Source: Thraustochytrium aureum (lineage: Eukaryota). From it: 64,000 nucleotides of DNA. The position numbers were made by a program, and so were the translations under genes. The stretch spans positions 69,560 to 133,559 of the forward strand of contig BLSG01000089.1 in NCBI GenBank assembly GCA_012862495.1, in the 5' to 3' direction. How positions within the stretch are numbered: the first letter of the stretch is position 1; each line of letters begins with the position of its first letter. Below the pieces are notes generated by a model that worked only from the letters and a program-made list of their open reading frames with translations, did not search any database and was not told the DNA's origin. Below are positions 12,719-24,400 of the stretch, piece after piece.

Positions 12719-13069
12719 CTCGGGAATGAACAAATCACGCACCCAGAAAATCATCGATCCTCCTCCACCACCTCCTCCTCCGCTTATCTTCGGCCAACAG
12801 GTTTTTTCAGGCCAGACCAGGTCACGCGGGCGGCAGATCGCGCTCAGCAAAACCCATTCTGGACGCATTTGTAGGTTGTTTGTAGGCGACGCATTTGTGG
12901 GCGACGCATGCATTTGGGGTCCTGCATCCAGCAACAGCGACGTCTCGCCGCGCCATGGAGGCGGCTCGCTAGCCAAGCGTGAATCAAAGCTATCCAGCTG
13001 ACGCAAGACTTGACGGAGGACAGCCTTGCGGTGTTGACTTGAGACGTCCGTGACGAGTGGTGCTCCGCG

Positions 13070-13270
13070 CGTGATCGTCAACAAGTTCGTCGCAGAGGTT
13101 TCGCGTCGACATCGGAAGGCCATCAATCATTCGTTAGGCCCCTCGATGTCTTTAGACTTTTGGTTGTCCGTCCGGATCCTACTACGGGACCTGTCTTGGG
13201 GCTTGCTTTGGGGCTCTTCAGCGCGCGGCAAGCATCGCGCGCAGACAGACTGCCTCCTCAGGTAGCCGAC
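13070..13270. repeat. Dispersed repeat B, copy 1 (degenerate inverted copy at ~28260-28445)
   Basis: GTGATCGTCAACAAGTT...CGGAAGGCCATCA...AGACTTT...CTACGGGAC...CAGACTGCC blocks are collinear with the reverse complement of 28260-28445. Confidence 0.75.
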
Positions 13271-13859
13271 GCTCCAGCCCGCTTGTCAGCGTCTTCTCCG
13301 CAGTTTTCAAACCTAGTGACACCAAGGACGGCACAGCCCGACTCGTGGCGTGGATGAGGCTGGGACAAATGTCGGCGTGGACCGTGCTGGCGGTTGCGTG
13401 CGGCCACAGCAGCGACACACTCCTTCCACATCAACTCCACCCCGTAACGGTAAAGCCTCCCTCCCACTTGCAGACCCTGACCCGCCCTAACCCAAACTAG
13501 GTTTACCCCTCAATCCTTCCCCGAGAGCGCCGGATAAAACCCGAATAAAGCACCGGCACCATAACCTTTGCATCGGGCAAAGTACAGTCTGGCGGCAAAT
13601 CCCCGGCCCGGCCCTCTATTCGATTCGTGTGGTCGGCGCGGCGCCGCCTTGCTTCCACAGGGGGCATCCGGCGTTTAAAAGCGTTGTTTAGCCTGTAGAA
13701 AACCCGATGTGTTGTGTATTTATCCTGTCGGACTGTGGGCCTCTGGAGGATTTTTTGTTTGCGCCGGTGTATTTCGTGTAGCTGCACACGCGGCCCCTGG
13801 AGGATGGCAGGCTGGGGAGAAGGAGACTGGCAGTCACGCAGCGCGAGAGGGTTCGGAGT

Positions 13860-13866
13860 AGCAGGT

Positions 13867-13897
<31 letters not shown>
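13860..13897 (+). repeat. (GGCA)n tetranucleotide repeat abutting the RPL15 start codon
   Basis: Directly visible. Confidence 0.9.
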
Positions 13898-13901
<4 letters not shown>

Positions 13902-14514
13902 GCGCGTACAAGTACCTCGAGGAGCTGTGGCGCAAGAAGCAGAGCGATGTGATGCGCTTCTTGCTGCGCCTGCGCGCCTGGGAGTACCGCCAGCTCCCCA
14001 AGGTGTGGAAGATGAACAGGCCGACGCGCCCGGAGAAGGCCCATCGCCTGGGGTACAAGGCCAAGCAGGGCTACGTGGTGTACCGCGTGGCCGTGCGCCG
14101 CGGTGGCCGCAAGCGCCCCAACTCGAAGGGTATCGTTACGGTAAGCCCAAGCACCACGGGATCAACCAGCTCAAGTCGCGCCGCAGCCTCCGCTCGGTCG
14201 CCGAGGAGCGCATCGGACGCAAGTGCGGCAACCTGCGCGTGCTCAACTCGTACTGGGTCAACGCCGACTCGACCTACAAGTACTTTGAGGTCATCCTCGT
14301 CGACCCGCAGCACAACGGCATCCGCAAGGACCCGCGCATCCAGTGGATCGCCAACCCGGTGCACAAGCATCGCGAGCTCCGCGGCTTGACCGCCGCTGGC
14401 CGCAAGAACCGTGGCCTGTCCAAGCGCGGCCACCGCGCCAACTCGCTCATCGGCTCGTCGCGCCGCCAGAACTGGAAGAAGCACAACACGCTCCGCCTCA
14501 AGCGTTACCGGTAA
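13898..14514 (+). CDS. RPL15: 60S ribosomal protein L15 (eL15); 1-nt frameshift at ~14136, probably a sequencing error
   Basis: [32 protein letters not shown]...RGGRKRP, continuing in the next frame as [13 protein letters not shown]...[25 protein letters not shown]...LKRYR. Confidence 0.97.
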
Positions 14515-14702
14515 TCGAGCCTCAAACGCTATTGATTCTCCTTCTGGAACCGCCATTGCGGCCGTTTTCGTTTTTTTGTTGCGCCAAAAGACTCGTTCTT
14601 GCTCCTCCTTTTTCTTCTCCTCGCAGCATCACTCTACTCTGGCTTCGCGCTGGACCAGCTCGGCTCAGGCTTCGGCCTCGGGCCTCGGCCTCGGGCCAGG
14701 CT

Positions 14703-17426
14703 TCAGACGAGCCGCCCGCCGAGCTCGACCAACATCTCCATCCCGCGCAGCTCGCGGATCGCTGCCATGTTGTCCGGGCCAGACCTGGCGAGCTTGGCGA
14801 TGCTGATGGCCGCGTTCTTGCGAATCGGCCCGTCCGGCGCGAATTGCAGCAGGCGGATCAGGCCTGGAATCGCGCTCTGGCGCATCGCGGACGCTTTGCA
14901 CGTCTCGCCGTTCCCGGTCAGCGAGATAAAGCACTGCGTCAAGTTGGCCGTCGACTGCCACGTGCCTTTGCAGATCTCCTTGTGCCCGCCCTGTGCCAAT
15001 TTGCCGTGCATATCGATCATACCGCACAGCTTGACGACAACGTCCTGCTCCTGGACGGCGCCGCCCCGAAAGAGCGCCGCCAAGCACCGCACGACGTGTT
15101 CTGTCAGAGATGGAGTTGCGTCCTCTGCCGACGTAGGGATGAGGCCACAGAGTTCCCGTACGACACCAGGGCGCCGCTGGAGCAGCTCGGCGCAGGCCCC
15201 ACTCGTCGACGAGTCAACCAGCACTCTAGAAACAAGGGCAGCAGCGCGCTCCCGCGTTGCCAGCGGCACGCCCGAGCCAGCGAGAGCTCTGCCCAAGAGC
15301 GCATCGACCACTGAAGCCCCGGCCAGCTTGCGCCGGCTCGGGCTGGCCGTGTCGGCACTCATGTTGAGCAGCGCAGCCAGCAGGAACGCTTCTGTCGCGG
15401 GCGTTCGGAACGATTCGGGCGAGAGAACGCCGACCTTGACGAGAACGTCGGCGCGCACGGCGTGCCGGACAGCGTCCTCTTGGCACAAGTTGGCCAGAGC
15501 CGCGCTCGCATCTTCACGCGCCGCCAAAGTGGACGGGTCCTGTGCCGTGCTCTCCAGGGGGGCCTCCAGGGCGCGAACGAGCCCGGGCGAGCTCCTCACA
15601 CGCTGTGCAAGGCGCTCGCGCGACGGTTTGTCGGCGGCAAGGCTAGCAATGAGAAGGGCGCCCTCACTGAAGAGAGGACCTGAGGGGCCGGCTTGCACGG
15701 CGTTGGCGGCTGCGTCCAGCACAACGTCGCTGGCCCCGACCTCGCCACGGAAGACGGGCTTTTCAGCGAAGGCGGCGACCAGAGAAAAAGCAGACTGCTT
15801 GCTCGCGCTGTCCGAAAGGGCTCGCTCGAGCACCTGCCGATCGCGCACCACCTCCAGGTTGCGCTTGCTCTCGGTGACCGCCTCAACCAAGAGGCGCTGG
15901 GTGGCTTGGCCTCCAGTTCCGCTTTGCGCAAGCTCACAAAGCCTCTCGAGGCACCCACTTGTTCGAATCAGCACTCGTAGCTGCGCGCGCTCCTCGCCGT
16001 CGGCGGTCTCCTCCAGAAGGCTCAGCAACCCGTCCGCCGCAAGCTGCTGCGGTGGTGACAGAGACTTTGCGCTGGGGCTCGCGCCAGCGAGTTCGGCGCA
16101 CATGCGCTGTGTCACGGACAGGTCCGCGACTGGGTCTTGCAGCAAGCGTTCGAGCCTCGCCGCGATGTCGTCGAAGCGCGGCGTCGCCGCCTTGGCAGCG
16201 CGCTTGGCCTGCTTGGCCTGCTTGGCCTCGTTCGTCTTGGCCAGTTTCTTCGTCGAGCTCGTCGCACTTTTTGCAGTTGGTGAGGGACCACACGCGGATT
16301 CCGGCCCGGGGGTCACCGCAGACCGCGGTTCGAGCGACTCTGGAGGGTCCGCGAGAGACTTTGCCCCAGCTGGGGGCGCGATGGCGGCGGGGCAGTTTGC
16401 AAGCTTGGCGCGGACCTGGTTCTCTGCGCGCGACTCGTAGAGTTCTTGCCTCGTCACGTCCAACTCGGACTGCACGTCCCCGTTCTCGGGCTCCAAGAGG
16501 GCGGCGTAGCTCAGGTGCCGCACCGCCTGTGCTAGCCGTCCGGCGCTCTGGCAGGCCTTGGCGTGCCGCCAGAGAGCCTTGACGCTATCCGCGTCCAGGA
16601 ACAGGGCGCGCTCGCTAAATTCGAGCGCCTGCTCGACCTCCCCGCGCCGCAAGTGCACCTGGGCAAGGTTGCAGAGCACTGGCACGGACGTGGGCACGGC
16701 ATTAAGGGCCCCCATGTAGGCCTTGGCGGCCTCTTCGAGCTGCTTGCGCTTGAAAAGCTGGTTGCCGCGCAGGCGGAGCTTTTCTGCGTCGCTTTCCTTG
16801 CGAGCCCGTGTTTTTTCGCGCTCCTCCTGGTCCTGCCTGAACTGAGCGCAAAACTCGGGGTTGGCTTTTTCAAAGGCCTCGTTGCGCTCGTCCTCAATCT
16901 TGTCTTTGGCGCGCTGCATCTCTTGAAGCGAAACAGGGTCGTCGGGGACCCACTTGTCCCAGACGCTGTAGTCGAGGGCGTCGGCTTTGGCTTTCGGCTT
17001 GGGGAAGAGCACGACACCGTCGTCGCCGGTGATCACTACCTTATCTGCTTCGCCTGCGATTGCGCTTGTGAGCGTTTTCTTGGTGCCGCGTTCGAGCGCT
17101 GCGTACCGCTCGTCGCGCTCGCCGCGCGCTTGGTCGCGCGTTTTGCCCGCAAGCACCTCAACGCGCTCCCACCACTCGCGCGCCTCCTTCTCGCGTGCCT
17201 CTGTGGCCGCCTTTATCTTGGCCAGCCGCGACTTCTCCGCAGCTCGAGCTTCCTCGCGCTTCTCCTCTTCGGACTTTTCGCCTGGGATCCTGACCTCTTC
17301 GGGCTTGATCGTTCCATCCCTTAGCCCAGCAACAAGTCCGGCCACCTCGCTCGCCTTGCGTTCAAACTCGCTCAGATCTGCATCGCTCACGCCAGTGCGA
17401 CGCTCCAAGTTGAGCAGCGCGTCCAT
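14703..17426 (-). CDS. TTC12: TPR + armadillo-repeat protein, TTC12-like (axonemal dynein assembly factor family)
   Basis: Helical N-terminus, TPR triplet starting AEKLRLRGNQLFKR, ARM-like C-terminus ending IRKNAAISIAKLAR...IRELRGMEML, as in TTC12. Confidence 0.7.
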   Translation of the reverse strand: MDALLNLERRTGVSDADLSEFERKASEVAGLVAGLRDGTIKPEEVRIPGEKSEEEKREEARAAEKSRLAKIKAATEAREKEAREWWERVEVLAGKTRDQARGERDERYAALERGTKKTLTSAIAGEADKVVITGDDGVVLFPKPKAKADALDYSVWDKWVPDDPVSLQEMQRAKDKIEDERNEAFEKANPEFCAQFRQDQEEREKTRARKESDAEKLRLRGNQLFKRKQLEEAAKAYMGALNAVPTSVPVLCNLAQVHLRRGEVEQALEFSERALFLDADSVKALWRHAKACQSAGRLAQAVRHLSYAALLEPENGDVQSELDVTRQELYESRAENQVRAKLANCPAAIAPPAGAKSLADPPESLEPRSAVTPGPESACGPSPTAKSATSSTKKLAKTNEAKQAKQAKRAAKAATPRFDDIAARLERLLQDPVADLSVTQRMCAELAGASPSAKSLSPPQQLAADGLLSLLEETADGEERAQLRVLIRTSGCLERLCELAQSGTGGQATQRLLVEAVTESKRNLEVVRDRQVLERALSDSASKQSAFSLVAAFAEKPVFRGEVGASDVVLDAAANAVQAGPSGPLFSEGALLIASLAADKPSRERLAQRVRSSPGLVRALEAPLESTAQDPSTLAAREDASAALANLCQEDAVRHAVRADVLVKVGVLSPESFRTPATEAFLLAALLNMSADTASPSRRKLAGASVVDALLGRALAGSGVPLATRERAAALVSRVLVDSSTSGACAELLQRRPGVVRELCGLIPTSAEDATPSLTEHVVRCLAALFRGGAVQEQDVVVKLCGMIDMHGKLAQGGHKEICKGTWQSTANLTQCFISLTGNGETCKASAMRQSAIPGLIRLLQFAPDGPIRKNAAISIAKLARSGPDNMAAIRELRGMEMLVELGGRLV

Positions 17427-18734
17427 CGTTGCCGCCGCTCCACAGCCGCTCCAGCCCTTTCCTTGGCCGTCTGCGAGGCCGTGGCACAACGTTCGCGACG
17501 CCGTTCCAAGCGCCCAAAGAATGCCAAGCGCCCGTCCCAAGACCCAAGCGCCCAGGAATCAAGTGCTCCAAGCCAAGCACCAGGTCCGCTCCAATGCTTC
17601 GAGCGAGCGCCGCCACTGCCGCCGCTGCCGCGCCGCCACGCAAGCGCGCCAAGAAGGAATCCAAGCCCCGAAGACAGCCCAAAAAGAAATCCCGCAAGCG
17701 CCCAAGGGATCAAGCCCGAGCGAGCGCCGCCACTGCCGCCGCTGCCGCCACTGCCGCGGCGCCTGGCTGCTCCTTTGCGCGCCTGCCCACCGCGTCCTGC
17801 GCCAATCCGCGTCCTGCNNNNNNNNNNNNNNNNNNNNNNNNNNNNNNNNNNNNNNNNNNNNNNNNNNNNNNNNNNNNNNNNNNNNNNNNNNNNNNNNNNN
17901 NNNNNNNNNNNNNNNNNNNNNTCCGCTGCTCGATCGATGGGCTCTGTCTGCTGCACCGAGTCCCACCGGAAACCGAAACGGGTACGATTAAAATCGACAA
18001 TTTGTAATCGATTACAATCGATTTACCTGGTTTGTAATCGATTGGAACGGGTCGATTGAATGCAGAGAGAACGTTCACGATGCGTCATGTGAGTGAGTCT
18101 GTGATTCAATCGAGGTCAACCGATTGTATTTGGCTTTAAATCTCTGCGGAGTCTGGACCATTTTCGAAATTCAAGAGTTTTGAATGAATCGATTGATTGT
18201 GCTGTGGCCTTGTAATCGATTGAAATTGGATTTTTGTGGACTGGTGAGCTGTTCTGTGTTCGATGTAGTGGCTGTTCTGCTCCTTGTTCTATCGATGCTG
18301 CTGCTGCTGCTGGTGCTGCTGCTGCTGCTGGTGCTGCTGAGAGTTGTGGAGCTCGGACTGCGGCCAGGACAAGGGCCAGGATGACGATGGGCGCGTTGCA
18401 CGTGGCGGTGATGGCTCCCTGGTGCGAATGGCCGAATTGGGGAGGTTTTGCGGTCGAAAGGCGGCTCTGCTCACGCGCATGCGTTGCGGGCATTGGGGCC
18501 GAGAAGTCGCTGCTCGGCCGACGAAGACACCTGCCATTCGTCACTTCGCTTCGCGGGGATGCCGATTCTAATGGCTTTGCACCGCGCCGCACCGCAGCGA
18601 CGAGATTGCACTTTGTGAGTTGGCAGGACTCCACCCACAATGACCCAGTCGCCGCACAGACAACAACGATCGCTCCCTCTTTGAACGAGACAGATAAGGC
18701 CTTGGCTTTGCCGCGGACTGCTGCGGGCTTGCGC

Positions 18735-18890
18735 TCAATCGTCCTCCGTCTTGGCTGCGCTCGTTGCAGGCTCACCTCCTGTAGCACGCGCCACGACGGC
18801 TCGCAGGCTCTCCAAGTACGGCCGCACCGTCTGCTGCCGGTGCACTAGCAGCTTCTCGTGCGTGCCTCCCAGGTCCGCGAGCGCCTCGTT
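18735..18890 (-). CDS. Probable 3' fragment of a gene whose body lies in gap 18891-19865
   Basis: Open frame NEALADLGGTHEKLLVHRQQTVRPYLESLRAVV...EDD* with coding-like codon usage; no family assigned. Confidence 0.35.
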   Translation of the reverse strand, partial: NEALADLGGTHEKLLVHRQQTVRPYLESLRAVVARATGGEPATSAAKTEDD

Positions 18891-20142
18891 NNNNNNNNNN
18901 NNNNNNNNNNNNNNNNNNNNNNNNNNNNNNNNNNNNNNNNNNNNNNNNNNNNNNNNNNNNNNNNNNNNNNNNNNNNNNNNNNNNNNNNNNNNNNNNNNNN
19001 NNNNNNNNNNNNNNNNNNNNNNNNNNNNNNNNNNNNNNNNNNNNNNNNNNNNNNNNNNNNNNNNNNNNNNNNNNNNNNNNNNNNNNNNNNNNNNNNNNNN
19101 NNNNNNNNNNNNNNNNNNNNNNNNNNNNNNNNNNNNNNNNNNNNNNNNNNNNNNNNNNNNNNNNNNNNNNNNNNNNNNNNNNNNNNNNNNNNNNNNNNNN
19201 NNNNNNNNNNNNNNNNNNNNNNNNNNNNNNNNNNNNNNNNNNNNNNNNNNNNNNNNNNNNNNNNNNNNNNNNNNNNNNNNNNNNNNNNNNNNNNNNNNNN
19301 NNNNNNNNNNNNNNNNNNNNNNNNNNNNNNNNNNNNNNNNNNNNNNNNNNNNNNNNNNNNNNNNNNNNNNNNNNNNNNNNNNNNNNNNNNNNNNNNNNNN
19401 NNNNNNNNNNNNNNNNNNNNNNNNNNNNNNNNNNNNNNNNNNNNNNNNNNNNNNNNNNNNNNNNNNNNNNNNNNNNNNNNNNNNNNNNNNNNNNNNNNNN
19501 NNNNNNNNNNNNNNNNNNNNNNNNNNNNNNNNNNNNNNNNNNNNNNNNNNNNNNNNNNNNNNNNNNNNNNNNNNNNNNNNNNNNNNNNNNNNNNNNNNNN
19601 NNNNNNNNNNNNNNNNNNNNNNNNNNNNNNNNNNNNNNNNNNNNNNNNNNNNNNNNNNNNNNNNNNNNNNNNNNNNNNNNNNNNNNNNNNNNNNNNNNNN
19701 NNNNNNNNNNNNNNNNNNNNNNNNNNNNNNNNNNNNNNNNNNNNNNNNNNNNNNNNNNNNNNNNNNNNNNNNNNNNNNNNNNNNNNNNNNNNNNNNNNNN
19801 NNNNNNNNNNNNNNNNNNNNNNNNNNNNNNNNNNNNNNNNNNNNNNNNNNNNNNNNNNNNNNNNNGGCGCCGCGCCCCCGCCGGTACTGAGTGCCGAAAT
19901 TCGCAGGCACCTGCCCGTCAAGGAGCGCATCCTAATGCACAGGGAGCGCAAGGGAGAAGAGCCTTGCCTGGTTGCGGTGCCGCGTTGGCGGAGCGACAAG
20001 CCACAGGTCGCCAGACCCGGCATTTTCGGTCCTCCCGCAAAACGTTCCCGACGCTCGCACCGAGGCCAACCCGCTCGAAAGCACGCGCTGCGGTGTTGCA
20101 GCATTGACGATCGACCGTGAGGGACAGCAACAAAACGGGGCC

Positions 20143-22774
20143 ATGACTGCGCGGAGCTTGTTCTGGGACTCGTCGCTCAGCGACGCGGATCCATTCGATC
20201 TCCACGATTGGTTTTACGCGCCAGAGAGGCACGAGGTTTGGAATCTCGGTGCTCCGGCTACGCCGCTGCGGCAGGAGCCGTCTGTACGGCTCGACCTGGT
20301 CAATCTCAGCCACGAAGAAGCGCTTGAGGTCGTCCCGCTGATCGGTCCCGAGGTCGACAAGGTCGACTTTGCCGGCTCCCAACTGCTAAGCGCGGGCTTG
20401 CTTGGGATCCGAGAACGCTTGGCGGACTGCATGACGTTCCGCGTCTCTGTCCTCTCGCTCAGTGATTGCGGGCTGACGGACTCGCAAGTTTGCCAGCTTG
20501 CGAGCGCGTTCGAGACAAACTACCTCGTCAAGCGCCTCAACCTTGCCACAAATTCTATATCAGACATTGGAGCGCAGGCTATCGCAATAATGCTACGCGA
20601 CAGCCACGTGCTTCGCGAGCTCGAGCTCGCAGACAACCGGATTGGTCTCGCTGGATTTGGTGCCATTGGCGCCGCGCTTTCAATGAACGACGCTCTCATG
20701 CGCCTCGGCGTTGCAGACAATCTCGTCGGCGACGCAACCGGGACGCCTGAGCTTGACGCTTTCCTCGGCGGAATTTCGACCTCGGGCGTCGCGCACTTGG
20801 ATATCAGTGGCAACGGGATTGGCTTCGCGGCCTGCACAAGGCTAGTCCACCTTGCGAACGTTGCGACCAGCGCGCTCTGCGGCCTCCACCTGGACCGCAA
20901 CTGCGCCGCCGAGCTCGACATCCACCCCGACGGCCGCCTGGTGCTGCGAGCCGTTGACCGGCCGCGGCGCCACGACCCAGCAAGGGATTGGCGCGACGGT
21001 TTCCTGGATCGAACCGGGCTTTTGCGCCACCACGCCGCGGACTCTTCGCCGACAGGCTGTCCGGTTTGTGATGGGTGGACGGTGCACCGGTTTTCGTTCC
21101 GCCCAGGGTCCTGGGCGCAGAGTGCAAAGTCACAAAGGCCAAACGGGATCCGCATGCATGTCCACTTCGAGGCTTTCCCAAACGACCTCCTGGAGATGTC
21201 CTGGGCGCCGGCCTCAGCCGCGTGGTGCGTCAACGCGCTACTTCCTCCCGGCCTGACCCTCTTTCGCTTTTCGTGTACCACGAGCGACCGAATGGCATTG
21301 GCTTCGGCCGAGCGCACGTTTGTCGTTTCACGCGATCATGCTTTGACGCGCGACGGCCGCCACCTCGTGCGCTTGCCAGTGCGCCCGGGCGCGTTTCTCC
21401 CGAGGGACAGCGCGAATCTGGACTCCGATCGCGCCAGCTGGACAGTCGAGCACTCGGTCTTTGCAGGGCCGGGCTGCGCCGGGCTTTGGGAGCGCGCTCG
21501 CGAGGCCTCCAGCGACGACGCGCTCGAGGTTGAAGCCGTCGACAACTTTCTGCTCGCCCGCGGGGTCCTCGGCGCTCGTACTGGGAACGAAGCCTGCAGG
21601 CAAGCGGACTGGGAAGCACTCCTTGCGAGCGAGATCGCGCGTGAACACTTTGGGCCCCACATGGTCCCAGAAAACCGTCTCGCGGCCCTCGGGATTGACA
21701 TGTCGCTTGATCTTGTCTTTCCAGGCTCGCGCGACACGATTGCGACGCTCAAAGACGCGTTTTGGTCTGTTTACCCAACGCTCTCTGGAATGTGGAGGCT
21801 GCATGGCGGTGACAGGGAGGCGCTCTTCGCATTTCTTGCTGAGAAGGCGTCGCGCGAGGCCGTGTCCCTCTGCAGCCCGTCGACCCCTGTGCGCTATGAG
21901 CAAAGCGACTCTTGGCTCACCTTTGTCCTCCGACTGGCCGCCAAGCGGTTTGAAGAAGACGTGGCAAGGTGTGACGCTCAGCTCGAGGTCGGCCTCGGCT
22001 TCGCGCTAGAAAGGGTCGTTCGGGAGTGCTTGACCACGGCGCTGGGGTATGCTCAGCTCGACCCAGATCGTCTCCGCCGCGATGCATTGTACACTTTCGA
22101 CGTCGACAGCACCTTGCGGCAGTACACAAGCGTCTGCGCGTCGTTTTCGATTCGAGGGCGTCGCAAAACGCCCTCCACCAGGCCGCCTGGATCGAGTTGA
22201 TCGAAACGTGCGGCCTGGTCAACTCGCAATGCTCGATCGAGCGGGTAAACGGGCCTTCGCCCAGTCCCTTCCGATATCCCCTATTTCTGCCGCGACGAGT
22301 TGGGCACTTCCGTTCCCCCGGTTCTTGGAGGCCCTAGCCCGCCTGGCCGCGGGTCCCGCTGTGCTTCCGAGCCAGGTCGCCCTGCAGCTCACGCTTTCGC
22401 AAGACCTGGAAGGGTTCCAAAATGCGGTGCGTGCTGCCCAAGGCGCGGTCGCGGCCGCTGGCTGGGACGTTGACATCTGGGCGCTTTTTGCCGAGCCGAC
22501 GTGCAACGACCCGGCCACGCTATCCGTCCGTCTCGGCCTACTGCTGGAACTCGTTTGCGACCCTGGCGTCTCCGCACGGTCACGCAGGAGGCCGCCCTTC
22601 GCCGACGTCGCCGTGCTGCCGCCGGAGCGCGCAGTGCCCGCGGATGTGGGACCGCAGCTCCGCGCTGCCCTAGCGCTCGAATGCGTGGTGGCTGCTAAAG
22701 CGGCGTCAAGCGGGGACCGAGCGGCCGCCTTCCGCGCGCGCTTCGGCTCTCGCGGAGTGGGCTCATGCAACTAA
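20143..22774 (+). CDS. Leucine-rich repeat (RI-like) protein with long C-terminal region; apparent 1-nt frameshifts near 22125 and 22248
   Basis: RI-type LRRs (LSLSDCGL, LNLATNSISDIGA, LELADNRIGLAG, LDISGNGIG), then CPVCDGW; reading continues in shifted frames to the stop at 22774. Confidence 0.75.
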
Positions 22775-22898
22775 GGTTTGGCAGCGCTATGTTTACGTGG
22801 GGTTTGTTGTGTATTTCTTGGCATGGTATCGACACCTTGTACAAAAGCCGCGCCAGTGCGGGCGCGAAAGTCGACGTTGCGATCGCCCTGTCGCCGCG

Positions 22899-23651
22899 TT
22901 ATGCATGCACACGGCCTCGGGGCATCACGCCATAGTCTGGGAGGCGAGTCACACGGTACGCCTCGGCAACGGTCCCAAGAATCACTAGTGACTGGAGCGG
23001 TATGCCCACTTTGCAGCCGCCCGCGGAAGCGTTCGAGTTGACGAGCCCCAGCAACGAGGCGGCGAGGTGTATGAGCAACACGAAGAACAGCCGCGCATAC
23101 ATATTGTGCGGGTTGTCTGCTTTGCGCAGGGCGTCGAGCATCAGGACCATGAGCGCCACGTTGAAAATTTGGTAGAGCAGTGCCAGGATCGCAGACACCG
23201 CAAAACCGGACAATTCGGGGCAGGCTTCGGTGAAGAAGTCGGCGGGCTCAAAGCTCGCCTGCAAGATGCCTCCGTACATGACCAAGGCGTACATCATGGC
23301 AAAGCCGAGGCCAGAGGACACAGCGGACGCAAAGTCGCTGAACGGCGTCATACTTGGGTTCGCCGTGAGCTTCTTCACCTGCGCATCGCCGCGCTCGTAC
23401 ACCTTGAGGAATGCAAACCTCACGCTTTCAATGCAGACGACGCCCAGAATCACCGCCCCTCCCACGTTGTCCTGCAGCGGCTCGATCATCACCCAAAAGA
23501 ACCCGCTCACCATCAGCCCAATCAGGCAGAAGAAGGCGCTCGTCACGGCGACAATCACCAGCTGCGACCGCCGCGCGACGACGGCGAAGAACAGCGCAAA
23601 CGAGGGCCCAAAGCTGAACACGGCCACGGCCAAAAACGTCAAGAGCCCCAT
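22899..23651 (-). CDS. APH1: Gamma-secretase subunit APH-1
   Basis: 7-TM protein starting MGLLTFLAVAVFSFGPSFALF...VTSAFF; ESVRF, SGLGFA and IHLAAS match APH-1 signatures. Confidence 0.9.
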   Translation of the reverse strand: MGLLTFLAVAVFSFGPSFALFFAVVARRSQLVIVAVTSAFFCLIGLMVSGFFWVMIEPLQDNVGGAVILGVVCIESVRFAFLKVYERGDAQVKKLTANPSMTPFSDFASAVSSGLGFAMMYALVMYGGILQASFEPADFFTEACPELSGFAVSAILALLYQIFNVALMVLMLDALRKADNPHNMYARLFFVLLIHLAASLLGLVNSNASAGGCKVGIPLQSLVILGTVAEAYRVTRLPDYGVMPRGRVHA

Positions 23652-24400
23652 CTCGCCCGGCGCGCGTCCGCGCGCGTGTCCCGCCCGCAGCCGCGCTGCC
23701 TCCCCCCGCCGTGCGTCAAGCGTGCACCGGCGCGATTCCGCGGCCCGCGCCCAGTCCGCGCCTCAAACAAGCCAAAAANNNNNNNNNNNNNNNNNNNNNN
23801 NNNNNNNNNNNNNNNNNNNNNNNNNNNNNNNNNNNNNNNNNNNNNNNNNNNNNNNNNNNNNNNNNNNNNNNNNNNNNNNNNNNNNNNNNNNNNNNNNNNN
23901 NNNNNNNNNNNNNNNNNNNNNNNNNNNNNNNNNNNNNNNNNNNNNNNNNNNNNNNNNNNNNNNNNNNNNNNNNNNNNNNNNNNNNNNNNNNNNNNNNNNN
24001 NNNNNNNNNNNNNNNNNNNNNNNNNNNNNNNNNNNNNNNNNNNNNNNNNNNNNNNNNNNNNNNNNNNNNNNNNNNNNNNNNNNNNNNNNNNNNNNNNNNN
24101 NNNNNNNNNNNNNNNNNNNNNNNNNNNNNNNNNNNNNNNNNNNNNNNNNNNNNNNNNNNNNNNNNNNNNNNNNNNNNNNNNNNNNNNNNNNNNNNNNNNN
24201 NNNNNNNNNNNNNNNNNNNNNNNNNNNNNNNNNNNNNNNNNNNNNNNNNNNNNNNNNNNNNNNNNNNNNNNNNNNNNNNNNNNNNNNNNNNNNNNNNNNN
24301 NNNNNNNNNNNNNNNNNNNNNNNNNNNNNNNNNNNNNNNNNNNNNNNNNNNNNNNNNNNNNNNNNNNNNNNNNNNNNNNNNNNNNNNNNNNNNNNNNNNN

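Noticed and set aside
14130..14142. RPL15 frameshift read as a pseudogene or programmed frameshift
   Set aside because: One extra T (ATC GTT TAC GGT) restores the conserved GIVYGKP, and the rest of the gene is intact. Similar 1-nt losses at short homopolymers occur near 3030, 22125, 22248 and 58829, which points to sequencing error.
14599..16440. 613-aa plus-strand ORF and similar long antisense ORFs (e.g. 28514-29587, 42590-44095)
   Set aside because: These are shadow ORFs opposite real genes in GC-rich DNA, with biased composition and no motifs.
23067..24400. N-terminal part of the 1535-aa ORF and other ORFs spanning N runs
   Set aside because: They are artefacts of translating through gaps; this segment is the antisense of APH-1.
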